Part shown: piece by piece, positions 27,070-38,905 of the stretch
Layout: every line of letters begins with the position of its first letter
Position numbering within the stretch: position 1 is the first letter of the stretch
Assembly: GCA_964016885.1 (NCBI GenBank)
Contig: OZ024745.1
Coordinates: 108,438,001 to 108,502,000, forward strand
DNA length: 64,000 nt
Source: Eledone cirrhosa
Taxonomy: Eukaryota
Direction of reading: 5' to 3'
Notes under the pieces: generated by a model
Told to the model about the DNA's origin: nothing
The model's database searches: none
Seen by the model: the letters and a program-made list of their open reading frames with translations, nothing else
Made by a program: the position numbers and the translations under genes

Positions 27070-27480
27070 TGCTCACTTAATTTTTTTTCCAACCTCTGTA
27101 TATCCTCTGAATTTACTGCACATGTTTCGCTTTCATGCAACATTGCATTTCACATGCATTCATCATGCAGCCAGCCTATCATTCATAGACAGAAAAGTTT
27201 TGTTGTCAATGGAGGCAGTAGTTCTTTGAACGTTTTCCAGCCTATTCTTATTCTAGCTACTATATTTTCAGAGGAACTTCCTCCATTACTAATTTAGCTC
27301 CCTAGGTAACAGAAGTTATCAAGTACTTCTATGGAGCATTCCCTGGGTAGGAGAAAGTTTATTACACTGAGGTTCCTGTGCATCTATGTCAAAACCTACC
27401 TTTTCTGCAAGTCTGTCTACTACATCACTTGTGCAGCCATGTTTTACATTGTGTGCATTATATAGAGTGTCTACCCTTCC
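27070..27480 (-). mobile_element. Old RTE RT/thumb fragment
   Basis: Reverse complement reads SIEVLDNFCYLGS*ISNGGSSSENIVARIRIGWKTFKELLP...AMLHESET. Confidence 0.75.
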
Positions 27481-27659
27481 TTTCTTAGATATTGAGCATT
27501 GACATTTCCCTTATATATATATACATATATATATATGTGTGTGTGTGTGTATGTGCATGTGAGTGTGTGTGCCAGTGATTTTTATAAATATTATATACAC
27601 ACATTATATATATATATATAGTTATGTAATAAACAACATAAGATAATTATTTCATTTAC

Positions 27660-27774
27660 CAGTGGTTTCTTGAAAGCAACCAAAATTACTTTCATTTATC
27701 AGAATGAAAAAATCCTGGTGTCTTTATTGACAGTGGATTTGAAAAACAAAAATCTACCAGATATGAAAGTGAGA
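27660..27774 (-). other. Possible 115-nt non-coding exon
   Basis: Minus strand CTCTTTTTTTCCTCCAG|TCTCAC ... CCACTG|GTAAAT; stops in all frames. Confidence 0.3.
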
Positions 27775-27864
27775 CTGGAGGAAAAAAAGAGGGGGGGGGG
27801 GGAGAATAATAAATAAGAATATATAACAACACACACATACACACACACATATACGCATATATAC

Positions 27865-27895
<31 letters not shown>

Positions 27896-28170
27896 GTATT
27901 AAGGATACTATTTATGGTTATGTATGTAATAAAACCTTTTATGGTTATATATTTTTTATACAAACCCTAAATAGTGAAAGATAGTCATTAATTATTATCT
28001 TATTACCAGTAAGATAAATAGCTCAATGTAATAACATCGGTTGTTTTACAGAGCAGTTATATAGAGATTACAATAATGATGTCATCCCACTGTGGATCAA
28101 TATGTGCATATGTTTTTATATGTCTCTTGTGTTAAAAAGGAGGTCAAGTATGTTATAGATCACTAAATAG

Positions 28171-28219
28171 TTGCTCCGAAGAATCCAAACCTCGGTTTGG
28201 AGGAAACAATTGTAAGCAA
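28171..28219 (+). ncRNA. Type I hammerhead ribozyme-like motif (two core changes), probably Penelope-derived
   Basis: Stem I TTGCT/AGCAA, CCGAAGA (canonical CUGANGA), stem II TCCAAACC-TC-GGTTTGGA, GAAAC-AATT-GTA with palindromic stem III, followed by AATAAA. Confidence 0.7.
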
Positions 28220-28289
28220 ATAAATGATTTAAACTGAACTTTGATTATTGTAATCTCTCTCTCTCTATATATATGTATGTATGTGTATA

Positions 28290-28633
28290 TCATTTTCATC
28301 ATCATCATTTCATTTTACGTCCGCTTTTTCCCTGCTTGCAAGGGTAGGACGGAACTGATTCTGGCTTGATTTCTACAGCTGGATGCCCTTCCTAACACCA
28401 ACCTCATTTACAGTGAGTGCTGGGTGCTTTTTTGCTGTGGCACCTGCACGACCACTTTACAGTGGAATGATAAGGACCTCAGTCCCTATCATCTCATTTC
28501 TACAGCTGAGTAAACTGGAGCAATGCGAAATAAAGTGTCTTGCTCAAGGAAACAACACATCACCCGGTCTGAGAATTGAACTCACAACCTTTCGATTGCA
28601 AGGCCAATGCTCTAACCACTAAGCCATGTGCCA
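28290..28633 (-). mobile_element. SINE family B
   Basis: Near full-length match to other copies. Confidence 0.9.
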
Positions 28634-29431
28634 TATATACATAGATAGATAGATACACACACATATATATATATACACATGAGACTCAACAGAGAAAATT
28701 ACCTATACAAATGCTGTGCATTATATAAAGGAAATAACATTTAGACTGAATTATTTAGAGACGTTTAATAACACGGCTGTTATACATTGATCTCAAAGCT
28801 ATATCGACTCAATAATGTGAAGGGAAATCACCATTCCTCTCTTAGCCTCGGATGCTTCACAGATAAATTCTAATTTATCCTCTCCTTTGTAATGTGGTTA
28901 AGTACAGATTTGTCCTCAGTCTCACTATTTATTTCCTTGTCAGAGAAAATTGCACTGCATCTCTAGTAACGCATGCATGCTTAAAATTGAACGGAGACAG
29001 TCCTTCAGCACAGAGCCATTTGTCTTCTACATAACAAAATCTATTGCCTTTCATTCGAAGACCAAAATTATGGCTTCTGGCATCAGCTATTACCACCTCT
29101 ATGCTTTACAGGTGCTGCAGTTAATAAGAATTCAAGTGTACCTTTGCAAATAACTATTATGTTTGGGGTACAATAGATGAGATTTCTGCAAGCAGATGAC
29201 ATCTTCACTGCTGCAACATTTCAGAACAACAAGAAATGAAAACTAGAATGGATTAAGATTTCGGTAACATGGAATTTACTGCATGCTTCTGGATAAAAGT
29301 TGCAATGAATCTGTGTATATCACTATATGCAACATATGACTTGTGGGGTACAGCCATTCTTGGTAGATGAGTTAGTTCCTACAATGGTAAATGAAAGTAT
29401 TTGTGAGAAGAGATATTTTCATATGTATGTA

Positions 29432-29501
<70 letters not shown>

Positions 29502-29638
29502 TAGATATGTGTGTGTGTGTATAGATATTCATTTGTGGACAGGGAAGGGTGTTTGTATGAATGTGTTTGTGAGAGAGAGAGAGAAAGATAAAGTAGGTGT
29601 GTTTCTGTTGTCAAATAATTCAAGTGTATGCATCTATT

Positions 29639-29712
29639 ATACGGCCATCCACCGCCCTCATGTAGATATAAATAATTATTTATATCTACATGAGGGCGGT
29701 GGATGGCTGTAT
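29639..29712. repeat. 74-bp near-perfect palindrome at a SINE A 5' junction
   Basis: ATACGGCCATCCACCGCCCTCATGTAGATATAAATAA|TTATTTATATCTACATGAGGGCGGTGGATGGCTGTAT, one mismatch. Confidence 0.95.
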
Positions 29713-29886
29713 CGGTAGAGGGTCGGACGCCATGCTTTGCAGCAAAGAGTTCTGGCCCTTGCCATTCTGAGTTCAAATCCCGTCGAGGTTAACTTTGCCT
29801 TTCATCCTTACGGGGTCGATAAAATAAAGTACCAGTAATGTACTGGGGGTAATTGCTGGCCTTGTGCCTAAAATAGAAACAACTAT
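29695..29886 (+). mobile_element. SINE family A
   Basis: Consensus match; TSD-like TATT.ATATCTACATG on both sides. Confidence 0.9.
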
Positions 29887-29904
29887 TAATATCTACATGT
29901 GAGA

Positions 29905-30070
29905 CATGTCCTGGGTATGACATTAAACTACATCCAGTGGCAAGGCTCCAGTTCGGGAGTTCAGGAGATGTGGGGAATGTGGAGTTACCCCTTAGTTGTC
30001 ATGACTCCCAGGTCTGCCCTGGCCCGGGGTGGTAGTACTTGTTAGGGCTCCATTTATGGGTTAAATAACT
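29905..30070 (+). mobile_element. Probable further interspersed repeat (SINE-like fragment)
   Basis: GC-rich GTCCTGGGTATGACATTAAAC...CTCCCAGGTCTGCCCTGGCCCGGGGTGGTAG resembles an octopus repeat recalled from memory; single copy here. Confidence 0.4.
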
Positions 30071-30253
30071 ACCTTATTCGAGTGGCGCCGGTAAGGTATT
30101 GTCAGCCATTGAAAAGAAATATGGAGAGTCGATCTAACAGCACTATGGTTAGAGCCCCTAATTACACTAGATAGACATGTGAGATTGTTGTTTATATGTA
30201 TGGGTATGTGTATGCTTGTGTATTAATTATATTACTATCAACCTATTCAAGTC

Positions 30254-30317
<64 letters not shown>

Positions 30318-31348
30318 GAAGATTGTGTAAATGTATGCATATGTTTGTGATGTTACTGTAAAAATATTCATCTGCATGTACATATGTATTTGTGAGTCTG
30401 TATAAGTTTATATGTGAGCTGCATATGCATATATATATATATCATCATCACTCTTTAACGTCCTTTTCCCATGCTAGCATGGGTTAGACGAGTTGGCCCA
30501 TTGTGAGACAAGCCAGGTTGGATGACCATGACGTGTTCATATAGGACTGGTTTTGGCTTGGTTTCTACACATTTACAGTGTGTGCTGGGTGCTTTTTGTC
30601 ATGACACCTACATGACAACTTTATAGTGTGGGTTGGGCACTTTTTGTTGTGTCACCTTCATGACCACTTTATAGTGTGGACTAAAGTATGGACTATAGTG
30701 TGGTTAATTTTTGTTGTGACACTTTACAGTGTGTGCTGAGGATTTTGGTATATCTATATCTATTTATCTATATAAAGTAAACAGAAGCAACAAAGCAAAC
30801 AACACAAATGAAGAAACATATTAGTTTAACGCTTGATATAGTAGGGAACGAGTCTTTACATTTCGGACACTACTGGTACATCAGATATATGTGAGATAAA
30901 TGTGTAAATAAAATATGAAATATAAAGATAGGGAGTGAAAAGTGGAAGGAATGGAAAAAATGTTTTTTATAAAAAGCTCATATATATATATATGAGTCCT
31001 CAGCACACACTGTAAAGTGATTGAGTAGGTGTCACAACAAATATTAACCACACTATAGTCCACCCTTGCAAGCAGGGAAAAGCGGACATAAAATGATGAT
31101 GATGATGATGAGGATATATATATATATATATATACTGCTCCATAATATTATTTTATGTTACTTATCTTTCTTAGCACCAAATCAATAACGATCTCACCAT
31201 CGATTCATCCTGAAATATTATATAGAGTAGTGAAACAATTGTAAACTGACATCCTTATCCTCTCTTTTTTATATTAAATGCACTTAATCCTGATACTCTT
31301 TGACTAATGTCTCCTATGTGAGTTTGTGGTCTTGATTTGCTTAACTAC

Positions 31349-31402
<54 letters not shown>

Positions 31403-31483
31403 GAGAGAGATGTGTGTGTACGATATTTGACAAAATTAGATATAGATTGTCAGCTCTTTTCATGTGCTTACATGTATATATCT

Positions 31484-34400
31484 ATCATCATCATCATCAT
31501 CATCACCGTTTTACGTTTGTTCTTGCATGCTAGCATGGGTTAGATGGGTTGTCCTGTTGTGGGCAGTGTCCAGTCAGCTGACCTTGTCATGCTCATATGG
31601 AAACTGATTCTGGCTTGATTTCTACAGCTGGATGCCCTTCCTTGCTTTTTTTGCCATGGCACCTACACGACCACTTTGCAGTGGGAGGGTGTGGGGACAT
31701 ATTGTCTATATGCTTCAGCTTCGGCTTGTACCCGTGGAGGGGTCGGATCTTCTGTATTACTGCGTGACGCCAGAGGTCACAGTCATGTGTCATCACCTCT
31801 GAGAGGTGTAATTGGGTAAGGTCGGCTTTTATCACCTCATTCCAGGTCTTCTTGGGTCTCCCCACTCTGCGGTTTCCATCGACTTCTAGTGCTCCGCACC
31901 TTTTTATGCAGCTGTCATCCTTCATATGCATCACATGTCCATACCAACGCAACCGCCTCTCCTGCATGCAGCATTTGATTCATCTTATGCTCAGTCTCTC
32001 TCTCAATTCATTTATGCTTTGCCGTTCACGTATGTTACTATTACACATCCATCGGAGCATGAAGGCTTTGTTTCTTTCTAATCTACGCAAATCTTCCACA
32101 GACAATGCCCAGGTCTCACTACCATATAATATTGCTGTTTGTATACACTCATCATACAGTCTGCCTTTCATTTTGAGGGAAAAATCCTTTTGCAGCTAGC
32201 AGTGGCAGTAGCTCCCTGAACTTCTTCCATCTCGTTCTTACCCTAGTTATTGTACTTTCCGAACACCCACCTCCGCTGCTAATTCGGTCACCTAGGTAGC
32301 TGAAGCTGTCTACTATTTCTACAGAGCCCTCCCAGAGTTTGGTGGTACTTGTTTCCTGTGGCTGCTTGCTGCTTGCTGTCCCAGCACAGCTGCTACATGT
32401 GAAGCCTACATTCTTAGTTAAGCTTCCTGAGATCCCGCTACATCTCTTGTGTACCCATTATTTGCATTTGGGGCAGAGAATGGAGTTCCTACCTACACCT
32501 TTCCTACATACTGAGCAAGGCCATTTCCCTGAGGGGATCTGGGTTCTGTTTTCTCGTCTACTTACAAGGACCTTAGTCTTTGTCATGTTGACTTTGAGAC
32601 ACTTTCTTTCTAGTCCCTGCTTCCAAGTTTGGAATTTCTTCTCTAGTTCTACCATAGATTCAGCTATAAGTGCGAGGTCATCTGCATACAGGAGTTCCCA
32701 TGGGCATCCTGTCTTAAACTCCTCCGTTATTGCCTGCAGGACTATGATGAACAGGAGAGGGCTAAGAACGGAGCACTGGTGGACACCGACCTGTACGCTA
32801 AATTCCTCGTTATACTAATTGCAAATCCTAACTTTGCTGACTGCTCCCTATACATGGCTTGTACAGCTATCACAAGCCATTCATCTACTCCTAGTTTTCT
32901 AAGCGCCCACCAGATTATAGCATGGAGAACTCTGTCAAAGGCTTTCTCGAGATCGATGAATGCCAGGTAGAGTGGCTTACTTTTAGCTCGGTACTTTTCC
33001 TGTAACTGCCTCACAAGGAAGAGGGCATCAGTGGTGCCTCTTCCTGGCACAAACCCAAATTGCATCTCATCTAGTTTTACCCGTTCCCTAATCAACTATG
33101 CTATAACTCTTTCTGTTACTTTCATGACCTGGTCCATCAGCTTTATACCTCTATAGTTTCCTCTATCTAGTGCATCACCTTTGCCTTTGTAGCAGTTGAC
33201 AATGATGCTACTGCACCAATCCTTTGGTATGACACTTTCTAGTATTACCTGGTTAACAATACGTGTGGTTATGGTGTGACCTACCGACCCAGATGCCTTC
33301 AGCATCTCGGCAGCTACATCCAATGGACAAGTTGCCTTCCCTGTCTTCATATCTTTGATTGCCGTACTTACTACGCTGCTGCTGACTTGTACTGCTGGCC
33401 CCTCTATAGGGTCTACTTGGGGTAGAGTCTCTTCTTCCCATGCATTCTCCTCAGTAATCTATCATAATGGCTCTTCCACTCATCTTTCTTCTCAGCACTT
33501 GTGAGGGCAAGCTCACCTTTATCATTCCGGATACACTTCTCTCCAATGACATCACAATTCTCTCTGACACACTGCCTCCTAATCTAGAACACCTCCTGTT
33601 TCTGGTCTTCATGTTGCAAAATATGCTTGAATTTTCTATCCTCTGCTTACCTCCTAGCTTCTCTCCTGGTCTCTATGTAATGTACCCTGCTTCCCCCATT
33701 CTTCCATTCTTTCCATGCCTGTCTCTTGGCCTTAACTGCCTCATCTACCTTATTGTTCCACCACCAAGTCACTCTCCTCGTGCTTGTGGTCTTACTCCAG
33801 CCACAGATCTCATCCGTCGTCTCTAGTAAGTTATTTTTTAGGAACTCCCAGTGCTCTTCTACATTGAATGTCTCTATCTGTTCTTCTTTACTGCCATAGG
33901 CATTGAGTAAAATATCTCTAAATCTGTTACTGGCTGAGGGGTCTTTCAGCTTCCAGATCTTTCTTCTCCAGGCTGGCTTCTGTTTCTAGGTTCGTCTAGT
34001 TCTGACCGTCAGGTCGCTGACAACTAAGCTATGTTGGGAGGTACATTCCTCACTAGGGAAGGCTTTTGTGTTTACGACCATCCATCTGTCATGTCCTCTG
34101 ATGAGGATAAAATCTATCTGACTAGAATGCTCCCCTGATCTATAGGTGATCACGTGGTTGTTGGGTTTTTCGAAGTTTGTATTACATATTGATATGTCAT
34201 TGGCGTCGCAGAATTCTAGAAACCTAAATCCTTCTTCATTTCTTGTGCTAACCCCATGGCCTCCATGGACTCTATAGAAGCCGTCACAGTGTTTACCTAT
34301 GTGTCCGTTAAAATCTCCTGCAATGATTAGGAAGTCATTGTCGTTTGTTAGAGCAGTAGTGTGCATTAGGGACTCGTAAAACCTATCCTTAAGTTCGTCT

Positions 34401-34858
34401 GGCTACCCTGACTGGGGTGCGTAAGCTGATATTATTGTGGTAATTGTTTTATTCAGGACTAGTCTGAATTTAATGATTCTTGCATTCACCCTGTTCACTG
34501 AGATTACCTTATCTACCCACTTGTCATCTAGTAGGATACCTACACCACCCATCCCATCGTCATTTCCCACCCAGAAAAATTTGTAGCACTGACTTTTTCC
34601 TACATGGACTCTAGCAGACTCTCCTCTCCATCTAGTCTCTTGTACACAGCATACATCAATTTCCTTTCGCTCTAGCATCTCTACCATTTCTCCTACTCTT
34701 CCTTTCATTGTGCTTACATTGATGGTTCCAACTCGGAGTTTTGGGCATTTGTCAACATTCGTGGGAAAGGGTCGATTTCTGCAGGGGTGTGTGTATGCTT
34801 CCTGTCTCTGAATTGAAGCTTCACATGGGTGCTTGGTAGCTCGCGGATTTATATTCAT
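31484..34858 (-). mobile_element. Near full-length decayed RTE-clade LINE (APE + RT with internal PHD finger)
   Basis: APE motifs GTINV, VQETRW, AYAPQ, GDFNGH, QIDFIL, SQH; linker WWWN; RT motifs NYRGIKL, QFGF.PGRGTTDA, FIDLEKAFD, GVHQ.SVLSP, YADD (32677-32688), FSYLG; C-terminal [15 protein letters not shown]; (GAT)n tail. Confidence 0.95.
31593..34858 (-). pseudogene. Disrupted RTE ORF2 polyprotein
   Basis: Broken into track ORFs 34403-34858, 33986-34366, 33096-33350, 32742-33095, 32458-32655, 31980-32171 and 31593-31967 by stops and frameshifts. Confidence 0.92.
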
Positions 34859-34867
34859 TTATTAATT

Positions 34868-35056
34868 CGGTGGATTGGCAGTATCGGTAGAGGGTCAGAC
34901 ACCATGCTTTGATGTATAGAGTTACGGCCCTTGCCATTCTGATTTCAAATCCAGCCGAGGTTAACTTTGCCTTCCATCCTTACGGGGTCGATAAAATAAA
35001 CTACCAGTAATGCACTAGGTAATTGCTGGCCTTGTGCCAAAAAGTAGAAACAATTA
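34868..35056 (+). mobile_element. SINE family A inserted at the LINE 5' end
   Basis: TSD ATTAATT at 34861-34867 and 35053-35059. Confidence 0.9.
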
Positions 35057-35218
35057 ATTTGGGGTTGCTCCATTTATTCTCAGCTCATCCATACATAATG
35101 GTAGGAGAATTCAGGGCTAGAAGAACAGTGGTGGTGGTAATAATGGCAGGGTTTGTTGGGGCTGGGACAGGTGAGGAGAGAGGTAGGTAGTAGTTATAAT
35201 GGCAGAGTTTGTTATATA

Positions 35219-36202
35219 TCATCATCATCATCATCATCATCGTTTAACGTCCGTGTTCCACGCTTGCATGGGTTTGGACGGGAGTTTTCCCACTTGAGGC
35301 AAGAGTGGTTGTCTTGCTCTCATAGGACTGTCTGGCGGGTTTTCTACAGTTGGATGCCCTTCCTAACACCAACCACATTTACAGTGTGGGGCTGGGAGGT
35401 TTTTACCGTGTTGCCTACACGGCCACATTACAGCATGGACTGTCTGGCAGGTTTTCTACAGCTGGATGCCCTTCCTAACACCAACCACATTTACAGTGTG
35501 GGACTGGGACGTTTTTGCCATGTTGCCTACACGGTCACATTACAGCGTGGACTGTGTGTTTTTTTTTCGTGACACCTACACGATCTCATTTGTTTCGGCC
35601 TGGATTTTGTGGCACCAACATAACTTTACATTGAAAGGGGCGGTGTGGATGGGGTGGGGGTGGTGGGATGGGGGTGTATTTTGTTAGAGATGCCTACTGA
35701 CTGTAGTAGGATTTACTTTGTATTTAGGTAACGCGGATCTTCTCTGTTACTGAGTACCGCCAAAGGTCTTGGTTCAGTGACATTGTCTTGGAGAGGTGTA
35801 AGTGTGTGAGGTCGGAATTTATCAGCTCATCCCAGGTTTTTCTGGGTCTGCCTACTCCGTGGCTACCATCTATCTTTATTGCCCTGCACTTTGTTATACA
35901 GCTGTCGTCTTTCATGCGCATCACGTGACCATACCAACGTAGCCTTCTCTCGAGTAAACAACATCTGATCCCTCTTATTTCTAATTTTTTCCTTAGTTCG
36001 TTTATGCTTTGCCGTTCGCGTATATTACTATTACACATCCAGCGGAGCATGCAAGCTTCGTTCCTCTCTAGTCTGCGTATATCCTCTGCACACAATGCCC
36101 AGGTCTCACTGCCATGCAACATTGCTGTTCGTATGCAGGCATCATACAACCTGCCTTTCACTTTTAGGGAGAACCCTTTAGCGGCTAATAGTGGTATAAG
36201 CT

Positions 36203-36207
<5 letters not shown>
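35219..36207 (-). mobile_element. 5'-truncated RTE LINE (family 2): ORF2 C-terminus + 3' UTR of about 500 nt
   Basis: Open frame [24 protein letters not shown]...HGSETW...[10 protein letters not shown]...GRPRKTW to stop 35724; (GAT)n tail; 5' junction in (TA)n. Confidence 0.93.
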
Positions 36208-36273
<66 letters not shown>

Positions 36274-37068
36274 TTGTGTGTGTGTATGTATGTATGTGCA
36301 TATATATATATATATATATGCATATATGTCTTTGGTAAGATGAGTTAAACTCAATCTACATGTATTTCTAAAACCTTTATGTTTTTACCACAAAATAAAC
36401 AATAAAATCTATATATGAATGCCTGTGTGTGTATGTGTATATGTATATATGTATGTGTATTGAGAGTGCATATGTGTGTATGAGTTGGAGGTTATGAGAG
36501 AGGAAGTTTGAATATTTTGATCTGGTTTAGTCCAATAAATTTTAGTACAGTCAAGTACACATGATTTCTGGTGTGACTGTGTACATGCAATAGATATTCA
36601 AATTTTGTCAATCTGAGCAAGGAAATTGCATAATAAACCATTAAGCAATTAATTAATTAAATGATTAATTAATTAATTGTGTATAAGAAATTAAGTTTAG
36701 TATTTCTCTAACAATTTCAAATGAGACCAGTCATACAAATCAAACTACTAAAGGTACAGCACTTTTCATTTTGTGAAGATCAGAATTAACATAGATCTCT
36801 GGGCACCATTTGCAATAAGTTATGTTAACCTCTTTTTACCAACCCATCTAAAAGTACATCTGTTTCTATGAAACAGAACACCCCAATTTTAAAAGGTTCT
36901 TACTTAACCCTTTAGCATTTAAACCAGCCATATCCAACCAGAATTCTCTCACCTCTTTCTGTTCAAACCGGCCATAACCAGCCATTCATATCGATGTTAA
37001 GGTATTGTACTCAAAATAGATAATATCAAATATTTGATATTATATGAGATAATTACGTGAAAATATAA

Positions 37069-38488
37069 TCTATACTATAAAGCTGACGGCTGTATGTAGG
37101 TAACAAACTTTCCGGCAAACGGCTGGACCAAACAGCACCAAATTTGCACCATAGATGTAACTTTTTCCAAGTAAAAATGTGAGGGTATTTTTGTCTACTG
37201 AATTTTATTAAAAGATTCAAGACATAATTTAAATATTCACTTCTTTAAAATTTCAAATGTCAACACTTCCGGTTATACGTCATTCCTCACTTTTTCTTAT
37301 GACGTCGCACAACATTCCCCTCTTTTTCTTAATCTGTCTTTTTAGATAGATACATAGCTATAACATAGCGCCCTTATAATATGTCTCTGTATGTCTGGCT
37401 GTCTGCATTAGATAAATTTTTCGAAATATTTACTTCTGCGTTCACAGACTGATTTTTTAAGTTTCAGAAGATCCCGTTAAGGGTGAAAGCAGCGATTCTT
37501 TGCTTAAACTTTAATCTGTTATTTTAATATATATATTCGTGTACAGATATTTTTGCATACACAAAAACAAAAACCTATTTATTTCACGAAAGCACAGACG
37601 GCTTATCGTCATTGTTACTGTTCGAGGTTAGAGGACCACAGTCTTTCCAAGATCTGAGAACCATCAATGGCTATCAATGTTCCACTTACCGTTTGGCTTG
37701 CCAGATGCGTGGTATGTTACACGATGACAGCCATTGGCACCTCACCCTGCAAGAAGCAGCAACTGCTAACGTCCCTTCTCAGTGAAAACCTTTTGCTATT
37801 ATGCTGCACAACTGCGATCTCGCTGACCCTCTCACACTGTGGAACAACCACCACAAAAGTCTAGCTGAGGACATCCTCCACCACACACGCAGACACAATC
37901 CAAACATAACATACGATGTTGTTTTCAATGAGGCGCTCATTTGTCTTGAAAACAGTGTCCTGGAGATTGGTGGTAGGCCTCTAAGTCACTACAGCTTACC
38001 TGCTCCTGACAGGAGTGTCCAGAGGTCAACGTCTACAGAGCTTCTCCACGAGATGAGCTACGAGATCAGTGATTCTCCCATGGTCAATTGTATGTAGGAT
38101 GCTCTAGGGTGAGCTTGCCAAACAATCTCTTCATCTTTGCTCCAGAGGGCCAAACAAAAAATATTGTATACTCTGAGGCTCTAACAATGTAATTTAAATA
38201 TTTTCTGTTACTTGGAATTTCCATTATGGTTGTACAAATTATTGTTTCTTAAAAAATTTGTTCTCTGTTCAGCCTTTATTTTTGTAACTATCAATTTTCT
38301 TTAACGTTCTGGCTGCTGAACTGGGGAATCCTAAAAACTATTCAAACCCAATATCAGAGCACGTTAACCCCCCTTCCTCACTGACTTGAGAGGGCGTGCG
38401 GTATCTTTGCACTAGAGTGTAGGGGTGATTCCTGAAAAGATAAAATGCCGGTATACCTAGCCGGGTGCCAGCTGGATGGGCCAGCTAG
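37069..38488 (+). mobile_element. Non-autonomous, internally deleted Helitron
   Basis: 5' TC(TATACTAT), 3' GC-rich subterminal segment + CTAG, inserted between A and T with no TSD; RepHel remnants VRGPQSFQDLRTING..TYRLAC..RGMLHDD.HW and FSHGQLYVGCSRV..TKNIVY. Confidence 0.92.
37620..38192 (+). pseudogene. Helitron RepHel remnants (Rep-helicase linker fused to PIF1-helicase C-terminus)
   Basis: Linker region about 37620-38065 (includes track ORF 37801-38097) jumps directly to FSHGQLYVGCSRVSLPNNLFIFAPEGQTKNIVYSEALTM*. Confidence 0.85.
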
Positions 38489-38905
38489 TAGTATATATAG
38501 AGTAATGTAAATGCTAAAGGGTTAAATAAAAACCTAACATAATTCTATATAAATACATTTTGTTATGTTACAAATACCGTCTAAATGAAATTATAATTTT
38601 TGTAAATCCATCCCAAATTATTCATTAATTAAAATACAAAGTATTTTATAAGAAATATGGTAACAATAAGGTTAATATCTAACTTGTTTCAGAACATTTA
38701 ACAATAATAATTTTCACCTATCTATTGGTTGCTATTGTTTCATCTAATATCAACATATATATATATGTTGCTAGCAAAATTGAAAAATAAAAGTAGATAT
38801 TTTAATGAAAAACATCAATGATATCGATATCAACAAATATGAAGAGAGGTTAAAAGTAAAAAAAAAAAGTGTTTTATAATATCCACAATAAACAAAAATA
38901 ACATA

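Larger units (their letters stand above)
36904..38525. mobile_element. piggyBac-type MITE split by a Helitron
   Basis: TTAA-CCCTTTAGCATTTA at 36904 and TAAATGCTAAAGGG-TTAA ending 38525; the halves rejoin to match uninterrupted copies. Confidence 0.9.

Noticed and set aside
33467-33826. Plus-strand ORFs within the LINE (also 31852-32199, 32339-32818, 36004-36348) as an inversion or antisense gene
   Set aside because: The minus strand continues the normal RTE ORF2 (e.g. RRVTWWWNNKVDEAV); these are shadow ORFs
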